The notes beneath the pieces were generated by a model that was not told where the DNA came from, ran no database searches, and worked only from the letters and a program-made list of their open reading frames with translations. This document shows positions 37,825 through 46,725 of a stretch of 64,000 bases of DNA, piece after piece; position 1 is the first letter of the stretch; each line of letters starts with the position of its first letter. The stretch comes from Bacteroidales bacterium (GTDB taxonomy: Bacteria > Bacteroidota > Bacteroidia > Bacteroidales > UBA3663). The position numbers and the translations under genes are program-made. The DNA lies in the NCBI GenBank assembly GCA_045598885.1, contig JAZRVB010000162.1:2809-66808 (forward strand), in the 5' to 3' direction.

Positions 37825-38029
37825 ATGCTCGATTTTCTGCCAATTTCTACGCCGAAAAGCTTTAAAATCTTCCATTTGCCTGTCTTTTGGCTGTTTTTAG
37901 AGGGCCGAAAATATGTTTTATAACATGTTTTTTGCATCCCCAAAATAGCAAAATACTATTAAAATGGCTCATGTTTAAGGAAAATGCGCGTTTTCTATCC
38001 AATTTCTTGCACATTCTCCAAAAACGCCG

Positions 38030-38037
38030 TACCTTTG
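38030..38037 (+). promoter_or_regulatory. -7 promoter box (TACCTTTG) with upstream TTG
   Basis: TTCTTGCACATTCTCCAAAAACGCCGTACCTTTGCAG matches the Bacteroidetes -33 TTG / -7 TAnnTTTG spacing. Confidence 0.5.
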
Positions 38038-38173
38038 CAGCGCAAAACAAAAGGAAAAACCCCTGACGCGGTCTTCTACGAATTTCCAGACCGGTCGAAA
38101 GGCATTCCTCAAAGAAACATTTATAAATTGCTGCGTTATTTAAAGGTATTTTTAATTTTAAGGTATTTTTATT

Positions 38174-38269
38174 ATGGAACAGTTATTTAAGAACAAGCAT
38201 TTTCAGTTAGCAATGATTGCAGCTTATATGATTGCAATGTGCTACATCGCATTGGAGGTAGTTCGTTAA
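38174..38269 (+). CDS. candidate 31-aa hydrophobic small ORF (MEQLFKNKHFQLAMIAAYMIAMCYIALEVVR)
   Basis: ATG..TAA read by eye (below the ORF-track cutoff), with one predicted TM helix. It lies between a good promoter and a terminator-like hairpin. There is no homology evidence. Confidence 0.25.
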   Translation: MEQLFKNKHFQLAMIAAYMIAMCYIALEVVR

Positions 38270-38318
38270 TGGCTTCTCCAATTTTATTAAAAGATTTTTA
38301 TTACTAAAAGCAAATATC

Positions 38319-38356
38319 GGGTCGTGTAGAGATGGTTCTTTACACGATCTTTTTCT
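38319..38356 (+). terminator. terminator/attenuator-like hairpin immediately upstream of the channel gene
   Basis: TCGTGTA / TACACGA stem (extendable by G-C and G-U pairs), a 12-nt loop, then TCTTTTTC. It ends 4 nt before the ATG at 38360. Confidence 0.4.
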
Positions 38357-38359
38357 ATT

Positions 38360-39022
38360 ATGGACATTACCTTTGTAGACATTGTAGATTATACCGGAAC
38401 CTTCGCTTTCGCCATCTCCGGCCTTCGCCTTGCTTCAGCTAAGCAGTTCGACCTGTTTGGCGCCTTCATTGTCGGCATGGCCACCGCTGTAGGAGGAGGT
38501 ACATTACGTGACCTGATGCTGGGCCTCAGTCCTTTCTGGATGACACAGTGGATCTATCTGGTCATCGTAGGCGTGGCCCTTCTGGCCTTCCTTTTCTTCC
38601 ACCGTTTCATCGAGCGTATCTCCAATACCATCTTCCTGTTCGATACCATCGGTCTGGGCCTCTTCACCATTGTAGGTTTCCAGAAGACGCTTGACGCTGG
38701 CTTCTCCTTCTGGGCCGCCAACATCATGGGCATGTGTACCGGTGCAGGAGGTGGTGTGATCCGTGACATCCTGATCAATGAAGTTCCGCTCATCTTCCGT
38801 CGCGATATCTATGCGCTGGCTTGCATGGTCGGAGGCATCTTCTATACCGTTGCCATCATGATGGGAGCCCCGGTTATCGTCACTCAGCTCGGCTGTGCAG
38901 TCACGGTCATGCTGATACGCTTTCTTGCTGTCCGATACCACTGGCAGTTGCCACTTTTGCAGGAATATAGGCTCACCAATCGCCCTGGCAAGCCATCAAC
39001 GCGCGGAAAACGCATTCACTGA
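38360..39022 (+). CDS. trimeric intracellular cation channel family protein (UPF0126/YadS-like)
   Basis: Two internal repeats, each with the Gly-rich motif (GGGTLRD and GGGVIRD), and seven hydrophobic segments. Confidence 0.8.
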   Translation: MDITFVDIVDYTGTFAFAISGLRLASAKQFDLFGAFIVGMATAVGGGTLRDLMLGLSPFWMTQWIYLVIVGVALLAFLFFHRFIERISNTIFLFDTIGLGLFTIVGFQKTLDAGFSFWAANIMGMCTGAGGGVIRDILINEVPLIFRRDIYALACMVGGIFYTVAIMMGAPVIVTQLGCAVTVMLIRFLAVRYHWQLPLLQEYRLTNRPGKPSTRGKRIH

Positions 39023-39069
39023 TTAAACCTTGGGAGCGTTCAGGTATCTTAGAAATAAACTTTCTGCTT

Positions 39070-42000
39070 ATGAAAAATCTATTATTAACCATCTTATTTC
39101 TCCTGACTATGTTATTTCCGTTCAAATCCTTCGGTCAGAACCGCAACGAACTCCCAGATTTCCGCTATCCTGAGACGGTAGCCAAGAATGCACAGAAGCA
39201 GCTCGACAGCGCCATTGCCAGTCGCGATGGTCATCTCATCGTGCAGTCGCTCGTGCAGCTCGGTCTCTCTCGTACCGCCGTCTCACGCCACAACGGCCAG
39301 GAGGTGTGCGATAAGATCGAAGAAGTTTTGGATAAACCTAATCTCCTGACACCAGACATCCGCTCGATCCTTTATCTCCTTGAGGCAAAGATCGTAAGTG
39401 CTGCGCCTCATGATACAGAGATTTCGCAGAATTCGTCGCTCCTCCTGAACATGGCGCTCGATCCTATGGGCAATGGCGATGTCTCCAGCCTCCTACGTCC
39501 GCTCTCAGAGTACGCTGATCTCATCACGCCTGGTTCGGAGTGGGGTAGTCGTGCCATTCCTACGCTCCTCGACTTCATCACCTTGCACGTCGCCACCGAT
39601 TCTTATCTTCCTTACGAGAAGCGTCAGGAGTGGCTCTCTCGCCATCTGATCGACGAGGACATCTTGCCACGTCTCTTCATCGAGCAGTATATTGCGCACG
39701 GCTCATTCTATAATATTTGGTCGCACTACAGCCTCCGCACGGAGAGTATCCAGCTCTACCAGAAATACATTGATCATCCGGAGTCTGCGCTCTTCCTGCT
39801 GGTCGAATCTCCTGACGACGAGCATTATCCGCTCCTCCAGGACTATCTCAAGCGCTATCCTTCTTCGGTCTTCTCAGCACAGATCCAGAATCTGGTGGCA
39901 CGCCTTGAGGATGCCGATGTCCGTCTCTCTTATCCGTCAGTGCTGCAGAGCACCGACTGTCTCACTGTGACTGCTCATTCGCGCAACGTCAACGATATCA
40001 CCCTTACCCTCTATCGCCTCCACAAGACACCAGAGAACCGTTCTATCCAGAAGATGGACGTCAAGGACTTCAAGGCCATGCAGAGCGTCACCGTGCATGC
40101 AGATGGTAAGATTCCTTTCGATGCCACTGATCTCACCGCCACCTTCGATCCTGTGCCATTCGGCCAATATATTGTCCTGGCTTCCTATCCGACAAAGACT
40201 GGAATCCAGAAGGAGGAGCAGCTTCGTGAGACCGATGTCTGTGGATCTATGGTAAGCGTCTCTGACATTCGTACTTTCCAGATTCGTCCAATGGCCATCA
40301 GACAGCGCGATGGCTATGACTATTATGAGTCGTTGCCAATCCATGTCTTTGCCGTCAACAGCCAGACAGGCAAGCCATTGCCAAAAGCCACCGTCAGCGT
40401 CACACCAGATCGTCGCTATAACAAGGACGCGACAGCCAAGGACTATCAGACCGATCAAGACGGTCGTGCCATCGTCGATCTCCGCTATCAGTCGCGCTAT
40501 ACCATTGCACAGGGCGATGACCACTACCTGCCTGAGGTCTCAGAGTATTATTCCGACTATAGTTCACGCCTCTTTCAGTGTGGCCTTTCTGCACAGACCG
40601 ACCTGGGCATCTACCGTCCGGGCGAGGAGCTCCGTCTCTCTGTCGTAGCGTGGAATGTCGGCTTCACCAAGCGCCAGCCATCGGCTAAGGTCAAGCTCCA
40701 GGTTGCCTTCCGCGATGCTTCTGGTACCGAAATCGAGAAGAAGGATGTCGTCACCGACGAGATGGGACAGGTCGTCACCTCGTTCCAGATCCCTACCGAC
40801 CGCATGAACGGCCGCTTTACCCTTCGCATCTACTCGCTCGAAGGTAGCAACCAGTATAATCTCTATAAGTATGTAGAAGTCAGCGAGTACAAGACGCCTA
40901 CCTTCATGGTCGATTTTTCTGACACCGACCCGCATCAGCTCGATGGCGAACCCGTCAAGCTCAAAGGCCGTGTCATGACCTATTCGGGCATGCCAGTGGC
41001 CGACGCTGAGGTGCAGTGCCGCCTCTCTGCACGTGCCTGGATGTGGTGGTACGACGCCGACTTCACATCCCGTACATTCACTGCGAAGACCGATAAGGAC
41101 GGTCGCTTCGAGTACACCTGTCCGAAGGAGTGGACTGCTCTTGAGCCTCAGGCCAATGGTAGACGTCCTTACTTGACTTATACTATCTCTGGCACCTGCA
41201 CCAACGCTGCCGGTGAGACCCATTCCGGCCAGCGTGAGTTCTGGATCGGCAATAGCCGTGGACTCTCGGCCTACGATGCCACCCTTCGCCTCACTGCAGG
41301 TCAGCCAGCATCTTACAGCATCGGCTTCGTCAGCTCCGATGAGAACGAGAAGTCGGTTCGTTGTCACTACGACCTCCTCCGCATCGGTCAGAATGACACC
41401 GTTACCGTTAAGTCTGAGGACTTCCTCTCTGACCAGCAGCAGTACCTCTGGGATAAAGTGCCATCTGGAGAATATCTCCTTCGCGCCTATATTATAGGAG
41501 ATGAGGACGCTGAGAAGGCCGAGGCTAAGCTCGTGATCTATCGAGAGAGCGACGCCATGCCACCACTCGCCACTTCGCTCTGGGTGCCAATGGAGAGCCA
41601 GCAGATGGACGAAGAGGGCCATATCCGCGTCCTTGTTGGCACCAGCACCGGCAGCCACATCTACTACGTCGTCAGCAGCCGTGGCCGTCAGGAATCGGCT
41701 GGCTGGATCTATTACGCTCCAGGCCTTCACTGGTTCACCGCACAGATGCCTAAGGAACTTGACGAGACCATCCACATTGACTTCTACACCATTCGCGACG
41801 GCAAGTCATCGCACGCCAACGCCTACTTCCGTTCCGCTTGGCGCGACGAAGTGCGTCTCACTGCCGTCACCTTCCGAGACAAGATCATTCCTGGCAGCCA
41901 CGAACACTGGACCTTCCGTCTCACCGACCAGCAGGGACAGCCTGTCCGTGACGTCCGCATGATGCTCGACCTCTATAACGACGCACTCAACGCGCTGGCT

Positions 42001-44694
42001 TCCAACCCATGGTCGCTCGATGCCACCACATACGGCCATTCGATGCACAGTCACCATGAGCCACGCTACGGCAATTCGTCTTACGACCTGCGCTACACCT
42101 TGCCACGTGTCACCGCCAAGAAATTCGACTTCACCCTGCCTGAAGCCAACTACTACGGACAGGACTTCTACTCACAGCGTATCTCTCGCGGTAAAGTGAA
42201 AATAGCAGGTTACTCTTATGCCACGAGTCCGATGGTCGAAGGCCTTGCTATGGTCGAGGAAGAGGTAGCAGTTCCTCAGGTCATGATGGCTAAGGCTTCG
42301 ATGAACCGCGCCATGATGACCGAAGACAGTGTCGAGGCCGAAGAGTCTGCTGCACCTGACATGAGCAGCGTCGCCGTCCGTGACGAGGAGGTCAAGGTTG
42401 CCGTCTGGCAGCCACAGCTCACCGCTGACGAGGATGGTTATTTCCACGTGGAGTTCGACGTCCCTAACTTCAACACCACCTACTTCCTCCAGGCCCTGGC
42501 CTATACGCCGACCTTGCAGACCGATAAGTTCCAGAAGAAGGTTCTCGCACAGCGTCCTGTCATGGTGCAGGCCTCGCTGCCTCGCTTCCTTCGTGCTGGC
42601 GACAGCCTCGAGCTGGCAGCCAATGTCATGAATGCTACCGATGACCACCTTGAGGTCGATGCGCTCATCGAGCTCTTCGATCCTCGTACTGAGGCCGTCG
42701 TGCAGACGCTCACCCGTCACCTCCAGCTCAAAGGTCATGCCACTGAGGTCGTCCGCATCCAGTATGAGGCTCCGATGGATGCCGCCTATATTGGCTTCCG
42801 TGTCAAGGCCTTGGCTACTGACGGCAATGGCGATGGCGAGCAGCAGTTGCTCCCTATCCTCACAGACATTACGCCTGTCATCGAGACGCAGCCTTTCTAT
42901 CTACAGCCACAGACCCCACAGTTCGGCCTCGACGTCCTGGCTCCAAGTTCGGCTACCGGCTCACGCCTCACGCTTGAGTACTGTAACAATCCTACCTGGT
43001 ACTGTGTTACCGCCTTGCCATCGATCATCGATGTCGACGCTATCACAAGCCCGGCACTGGCACACAACCTCTTTGCCATCGCTCTGGTAGGCAAACTCAT
43101 CGCCGAGAATCCACTTCTCGCCGAAGCTGTCTCCTCATGGAAGCAGCGTCAGGGCAAGGAGGGTGACGTCCTCGTCTCACTGCTGCAGCAGAACGCTGAC
43201 CTCAAGATCAGTCCGCTCCTCGCTTCGCCATGGCTCCCTGACGCTGAGCGCCAGACCCTCCGCATGCAGGCGCTCGACCAGCTCTTCGATGCCAAGCGCA
43301 ACGCGTCGCTCACCCAGCAGCTCATCACCTCACTGCAGAAGCTGCAGGCCAAGGATGGCGGCTTCCTGTGGCTCGATTTCGGCGATCGCTCAGAGGCTTC
43401 CTATTGGGCCACCTCGCAGGTCCTCGAACTCCTCGGCGAGATCCAACACCTCGGTTGCCTTCCTGACGATGCTACGCTCCGCAACCTCATCGCAGATGCC
43501 TCACATTATTATGACAAGGAGACACTCAAGGAGGAGCAGGAGATGCTGACCGATGCCAAGAAATATGGCTACAAGCCTTCATATCTCCGCTTCTGGTCGT
43601 ATGTATACACTCGTCAGTTGCTTCTCGATGTGGCTGGCTATCAGAGCAAGTCTTTGGACAAGGATCTCATGAAACTGATCAACAAGACTCTCGACGAGCT
43701 TGAGAAGGAGTGGGGTACGCTCGATATGACTTCACGCGCTCAGGCTGCCGTCATCCTTCATCGCTACGGTCGTAAGACCAAGGCTGAGGGCGTCATGGAG
43801 AGTGTCCGTCAGTTCGCATTACACGACCCGCACAAGGGTATGTACTGGGAGTCGCTCGACCGCTACAGCTGGTTCTCACCGGTAGCCTGCACCTCGTCCA
43901 TGCTCCAGGCCTTTGCCGAAGTCTCACCACATCAGGACGAGATCGACGAGATGCGAGAGTGGCTCCTGCTGGAGAAGCAGACCTCAGACTGGGGATCATC
44001 GAGCCTTGCTGCCGACGCTGTCTACGCCCTGCTGTCTACGGGCTCCGACTGGCTCCACGCTTCGGTCGACAGTGTCCCACAGTTCGAGATCCTGGTCGAT
44101 GGCAAGCCGCTCGATGTGGCTGATAGCGATCGTCATCTCGGCTACGTCCGCGTGACCTTGCCAACCGATACCAAGCGTGTCGAAGTCTCTCGCACAGGTG
44201 TCAATCCTGCTTGGGGCTCGCTCTACCACCAGTATCAGTCCAAGATGGCAGAGGTGCGTGAGCAGCGTGTCGACGAGCTGGGTGTCACCAAGCAGTTCAC
44301 CCGTGTCGACCTTGAAGGCAAGGTCTCTGCTCTCGCTGAAGGCGATACTCTCCGTGTGGGCGATCGTGTCCGCATCACGCTTAAGATCCACGCTGCCAAG
44401 GACCTCGAGTACGTCACCCTTGTCGACCAGCGTCCAGCCTTCCTCGAGCCAGTCGATCAGAAGTCGCACTATACCCGTGCCGACCGTTTCTACTACTATC
44501 TCGAGACCAAGGACGCCGTAACCAACGCCTTCATCACCCGTCTGCCTGAGGGGCATCACACCCTCTCATACGACTGCTTCGTCACCGCTCCTGGCACCTT
44601 CACCTCCGGCATCGCCACCATCCAGAGCCAGTACGCTCCGCAGTTCGTAGCGCATTCGGCAGGAGAGGTGCTGTCGACAGGAGAGAAGAAATAA
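39070..44694 (+). CDS. alpha-2-macroglobulin family protein, thioester-less type
   Basis: 1874 aa with a signal peptide and a long series of MG-like beta-sandwich repeats, followed by a helical TED-like region and a C-terminal receptor-binding-like domain. None of the cysteines forms CxEQ. Confidence 0.75.
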   Translation: MKNLLLTILFLLTMLFPFKSFGQNRNELPDFRYPETVAKNAQKQLDSAIASRDGHLIVQSLVQLGLSRTAVSRHNGQEVCDKIEEVLDKPNLLTPDIRSILYLLEAKIVSAAPHDTEISQNSSLLLNMALDPMGNGDVSSLLRPLSEYADLITPGSEWGSRAIPTLLDFITLHVATDSYLPYEKRQEWLSRHLIDEDILPRLFIEQYIAHGSFYNIWSHYSLRTESIQLYQKYIDHPESALFLLVESPDDEHYPLLQDYLKRYPSSVFSAQIQNLVARLEDADVRLSYPSVLQSTDCLTVTAHSRNVNDITLTLYRLHKTPENRSIQKMDVKDFKAMQSVTVHADGKIPFDATDLTATFDPVPFGQYIVLASYPTKTGIQKEEQLRETDVCGSMVSVSDIRTFQIRPMAIRQRDGYDYYESLPIHVFAVNSQTGKPLPKATVSVTPDRRYNKDATAKDYQTDQDGRAIVDLRYQSRYTIAQGDDHYLPEVSEYYSDYSSRLFQCGLSAQTDLGIYRPGEELRLSVVAWNVGFTKRQPSAKVKLQVAFRDASGTEIEKKDVVTDEMGQVVTSFQIPTDRMNGRFTLRIYSLEGSNQYNLYKYVEVSEYKTPTFMVDFSDTDPHQLDGEPVKLKGRVMTYSGMPVADAEVQCRLSARAWMWWYDADFTSRTFTAKTDKDGRFEYTCPKEWTALEPQANGRRPYLTYTISGTCTNAAGETHSGQREFWIGNSRGLSAYDATLRLTAGQPASYSIGFVSSDENEKSVRCHYDLLRIGQNDTVTVKSEDFLSDQQQYLWDKVPSGEYLLRAYIIGDEDAEKAEAKLVIYRESDAMPPLATSLWVPMESQQMDEEGHIRVLVGTSTGSHIYYVVSSRGRQESAGWIYYAPGLHWFTAQMPKELDETIHIDFYTIRDGKSSHANAYFRSAWRDEVRLTAVTFRDKIIPGSHEHWTFRLTDQQGQPVRDVRMMLDLYNDALNALASNPWSLDATTYGHSMHSHHEPRYGNSSYDLRYTLPRVTAKKFDFTLPEANYYGQDFYSQRISRGKVKIAGYSYATSPMVEGLAMVEEEVAVPQVMMAKASMNRAMMTEDSVEAEESAAPDMSSVAVRDEEVKVAVWQPQLTADEDGYFHVEFDVPNFNTTYFLQALAYTPTLQTDKFQKKVLAQRPVMVQASLPRFLRAGDSLELAANVMNATDDHLEVDALIELFDPRTEAVVQTLTRHLQLKGHATEVVRIQYEAPMDAAYIGFRVKALATDGNGDGEQQLLPILTDITPVIETQPFYLQPQTPQFGLDVLAPSSATGSRLTLEYCNNPTWYCVTALPSIIDVDAITSPALAHNLFAIALVGKLIAENPLLAEAVSSWKQRQGKEGDVLVSLLQQNADLKISPLLASPWLPDAERQTLRMQALDQLFDAKRNASLTQQLITSLQKLQAKDGGFLWLDFGDRSEASYWATSQVLELLGEIQHLGCLPDDATLRNLIADASHYYDKETLKEEQEMLTDAKKYGYKPSYLRFWSYVYTRQLLLDVAGYQSKSLDKDLMKLINKTLDELEKEWGTLDMTSRAQAAVILHRYGRKTKAEGVMESVRQFALHDPHKGMYWESLDRYSWFSPVACTSSMLQAFAEVSPHQDEIDEMREWLLLEKQTSDWGSSSLAADAVYALLSTGSDWLHASVDSVPQFEILVDGKPLDVADSDRHLGYVRVTLPTDTKRVEVSRTGVNPAWGSLYHQYQSKMAEVREQRVDELGVTKQFTRVDLEGKVSALAEGDTLRVGDRVRITLKIHAAKDLEYVTLVDQRPAFLEPVDQKSHYTRADRFYYYLETKDAVTNAFITRLPEGHHTLSYDCFVTAPGTFTSGIATIQSQYAPQFVAHSAGEVLSTGEKK

Positions 44695-44734
44695 AAGGTA
44701 TCCCGAGGCCTTGCAGTCCCTTCCTGTAACAAGT

Positions 44735-44897
44735 AACATCCATCCTGCACGCAAGACGTCCATTCTCGTAACAAGGAATGGACGTCTTGCGTTCAAAATG
44801 TCCATTCCCGCAACAAGGAATGGACGTCCTGCGTTCAAAATGTCCATTCCTGCAATAAGGAACGGACGTCCTGAAAGCAGAACGTCCATTATTATCT
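44735..44897. repeat. tandem array A2: 3.9 copies of the 42-bp unit (AATGGAC, 16 nt, GTCCATT, 12 nt)
   Basis: Units start at 44735, 44777, 44819 and 44861. Same 7-mers and spacing as array A1. Confidence 0.95.
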
Positions 44898-45032
44898 TCA
44901 GAAAACAAAACCGCTAAAATAATCCAATACAGGCACAAAGATGAAGAGTTTGAGACAAATTTTCAAATATGTGTCTGTAATTTGGAGTTTGGAAGGAATA
45001 AGTTATAATTGCAGCGCCTGTATGCAATTATC

Positions 45033-45665
45033 TCATATTGATATCAATAACATTCGCTTGACGATCACGCCATAGACCCATCGGACGATCTGGAAGCTCA
45101 GCCATCCGATGAGGAGGCCGCCGAGGATGTCGCCGGGGTAGTGGACGCCGAGGTAGATGCGGCTGTAGCAGTTGAGGAGCGCCCAGATGACGAGCAGGGT
45201 GCGGAAGAGCGTCGCATGACGGGTAGGCAGGGAAAATGCCTTGGCCTTGCTCCAGAGAAGCCAGCCGAGCCAGAGGGCGATGGCGAGGCTATTGGATGCA
45301 TGGCTGGAGACGAATCCGTACATGCCGCCATGGTAGTCATTGACGTAGTGCAGCTGCTCCATGAGTCCAGGCTCGTGGCTGGGGCGTGGACGGCAGACGA
45401 GAGGCTTGATGAGGCCGCTGGCCAGTTGGTCGGATAGGACGATGAGCAGGACGGTGCAGAAGACGCAGATCGAGAGATGGCGCCAGAAGTCGAGGCGCTT
45501 GTCTTTTTGGCAATAGACGACCATCTGCCAGAGCAGAAGGGCGTAGAGAGGGATCCAGGTGAACTTGCCGGAGTAAATGTACCAGAGCTGGTCCCAGAAT
45601 ACGCCGCCATCACCATTCATGAGCAGCATCAGCTGCTGATCCAAAGCATCTAAGGTCTCAATCAT
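45033..45665 (-). CDS. phosphatase PAP2 family protein
   Basis: The three PAP2 motifs KPLVCRPRP, SSHASN and SRIYLGVHYPGD, plus multiple TM segments. Confidence 0.85.
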   Translation of the reverse strand: MIETLDALDQQLMLLMNGDGGVFWDQLWYIYSGKFTWIPLYALLLWQMVVYCQKDKRLDFWRHLSICVFCTVLLIVLSDQLASGLIKPLVCRPRPSHEPGLMEQLHYVNDYHGGMYGFVSSHASNSLAIALWLGWLLWSKAKAFSLPTRHATLFRTLLVIWALLNCYSRIYLGVHYPGDILGGLLIGWLSFQIVRWVYGVIVKRMLLISI

Positions 45666-45677
45666 AATACGAAATTA

Positions 45678-46661
45678 TCACTTATCTACAATCCAATTCT
45701 TATTATATACCTCAAATGGCTTTGAGGCATCGTAGTAGAGATCCTCGTCGAGAGGAATCTCTATTTCGTAGGTGCGTGTCTGCCCCTTGCGGAAGGTGAG
45801 CTTGCTGTCACGCAGCCATGGGTTGAACTCCTTGACCTGCAGATAAGTAGTGTTGTGACTCTGAGCAAAGCTGGCGAGGTCGGAGATAGTGTTGCCCACC
45901 TTGACAGAACGGGTGCGGATAGGACGATAGAGCTGGTCGCTGTAGAGGACGAAGCCGTAGCGGTAAGGATCGCGCATCAGCTCTTTATAGGCCATGATGC
46001 GGAACATGTAGCGGGAGGTCTCTTCGACGAGAAATAGGTCGATGGCGCGTGTCTCGTGCTGGCTGTTGAGGCGGCGTGAGATACCTGCCTGACCGGCGTT
46101 GTAGGAGGCGGCTACGTTCATCCAGTCGCCGAATTTCTTGTAGGCATCCTTGAGGTACTGGCAGGCGGCGTGAGTAGCCTTGACGGTGTGATAGCGCTCA
46201 TCGACCTCATCATTGACCACAAGGCCATACTGGCGTGCTGTCTCGGCCATGAACTGCCATAGGCCGGCGGCTCCTGCGGGACTCTTGGCGCGCTGGTTGA
46301 GGTTCGACTCGATGCAGCAGAGATAGATGAAGTCTGCTGGGACGCCTTCTTCCTTGAGGATCGGCTCAATGATGGGGAGGAGGCGATTGGCGCGCTTGAT
46401 GGTCAGGATGGTGCTGTTGTGAGTATAGCAGATGTTGGTGAGCTCACGCTCGAAACGCTCGTGCAGGTCGTAACGGCTGAGGTCGATCTTCTGGTCGAAG
46501 ATGGTCTGGACGTTCTCGAAGCGTGGCGTGGCTGAAAAGCTCTGCATGATGGGCAGCTCAGGCTTGATTTCGGAACTCTGCGAGGAGCTCATAAACATCA
46601 CGGCGGATGCGGTGAGCAGGGAGGTGCAGAGGAGGGAGGCTATGAATGTGAGGGGACGCAT
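45678..46661 (-). CDS. lytic transglycosylase domain-containing protein with a LysM-like C-terminal region
   Basis: SLT motifs CIESNLN, AGLWQFM and SYNAG, then a LysM-like GNTISDLASFAQSHNTTYLQVKEFNPWL. Confidence 0.8.
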   Translation of the reverse strand: MRPLTFIASLLCTSLLTASAVMFMSSSQSSEIKPELPIMQSFSATPRFENVQTIFDQKIDLSRYDLHERFERELTNICYTHNSTILTIKRANRLLPIIEPILKEEGVPADFIYLCCIESNLNQRAKSPAGAAGLWQFMAETARQYGLVVNDEVDERYHTVKATHAACQYLKDAYKKFGDWMNVAASYNAGQAGISRRLNSQHETRAIDLFLVEETSRYMFRIMAYKELMRDPYRYGFVLYSDQLYRPIRTRSVKVGNTISDLASFAQSHNTTYLQVKEFNPWLRDSKLTFRKGQTRTYEIEIPLDEDLYYDASKPFEVYNKNWIVDK

Positions 46662-46725
46662 TGAAATGAAAAAATGATAAAATGAAATAATGAAAGAATG
46701 ACAGCGGGTAGAAAACTCTTAATTA

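Noticed and set aside
37825-38030. ORFs 37862-38050 (minus strand) and 37984-38190 (plus strand) in the DJ-1 to channel gap.
   Set aside because: The region is AT-rich, the peptides are low in complexity and have no motifs, and the ORFs overlap a good promoter. The region is better explained as a regulatory/leader sequence.
42820-42860. GNGDGEQQLL in the A2M-like protein, considered as a degenerate thioester site (compare GCGEQ).
   Set aside because: It lies before the helical TED-like region, in a position typical of an MG-domain end (…LLPIL). It has no cysteine, and the resemblance is limited to GEQ.
44566-44938. ORFs across array A2 (68-112 aa) and across array A3 (61700-62183), including YMTKTLPWCHTSRALYDKNISGCHTSRALYDK.
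   Set aside because: Same reason as for array A1: they are translation artefacts of in-phase tandem repeats.
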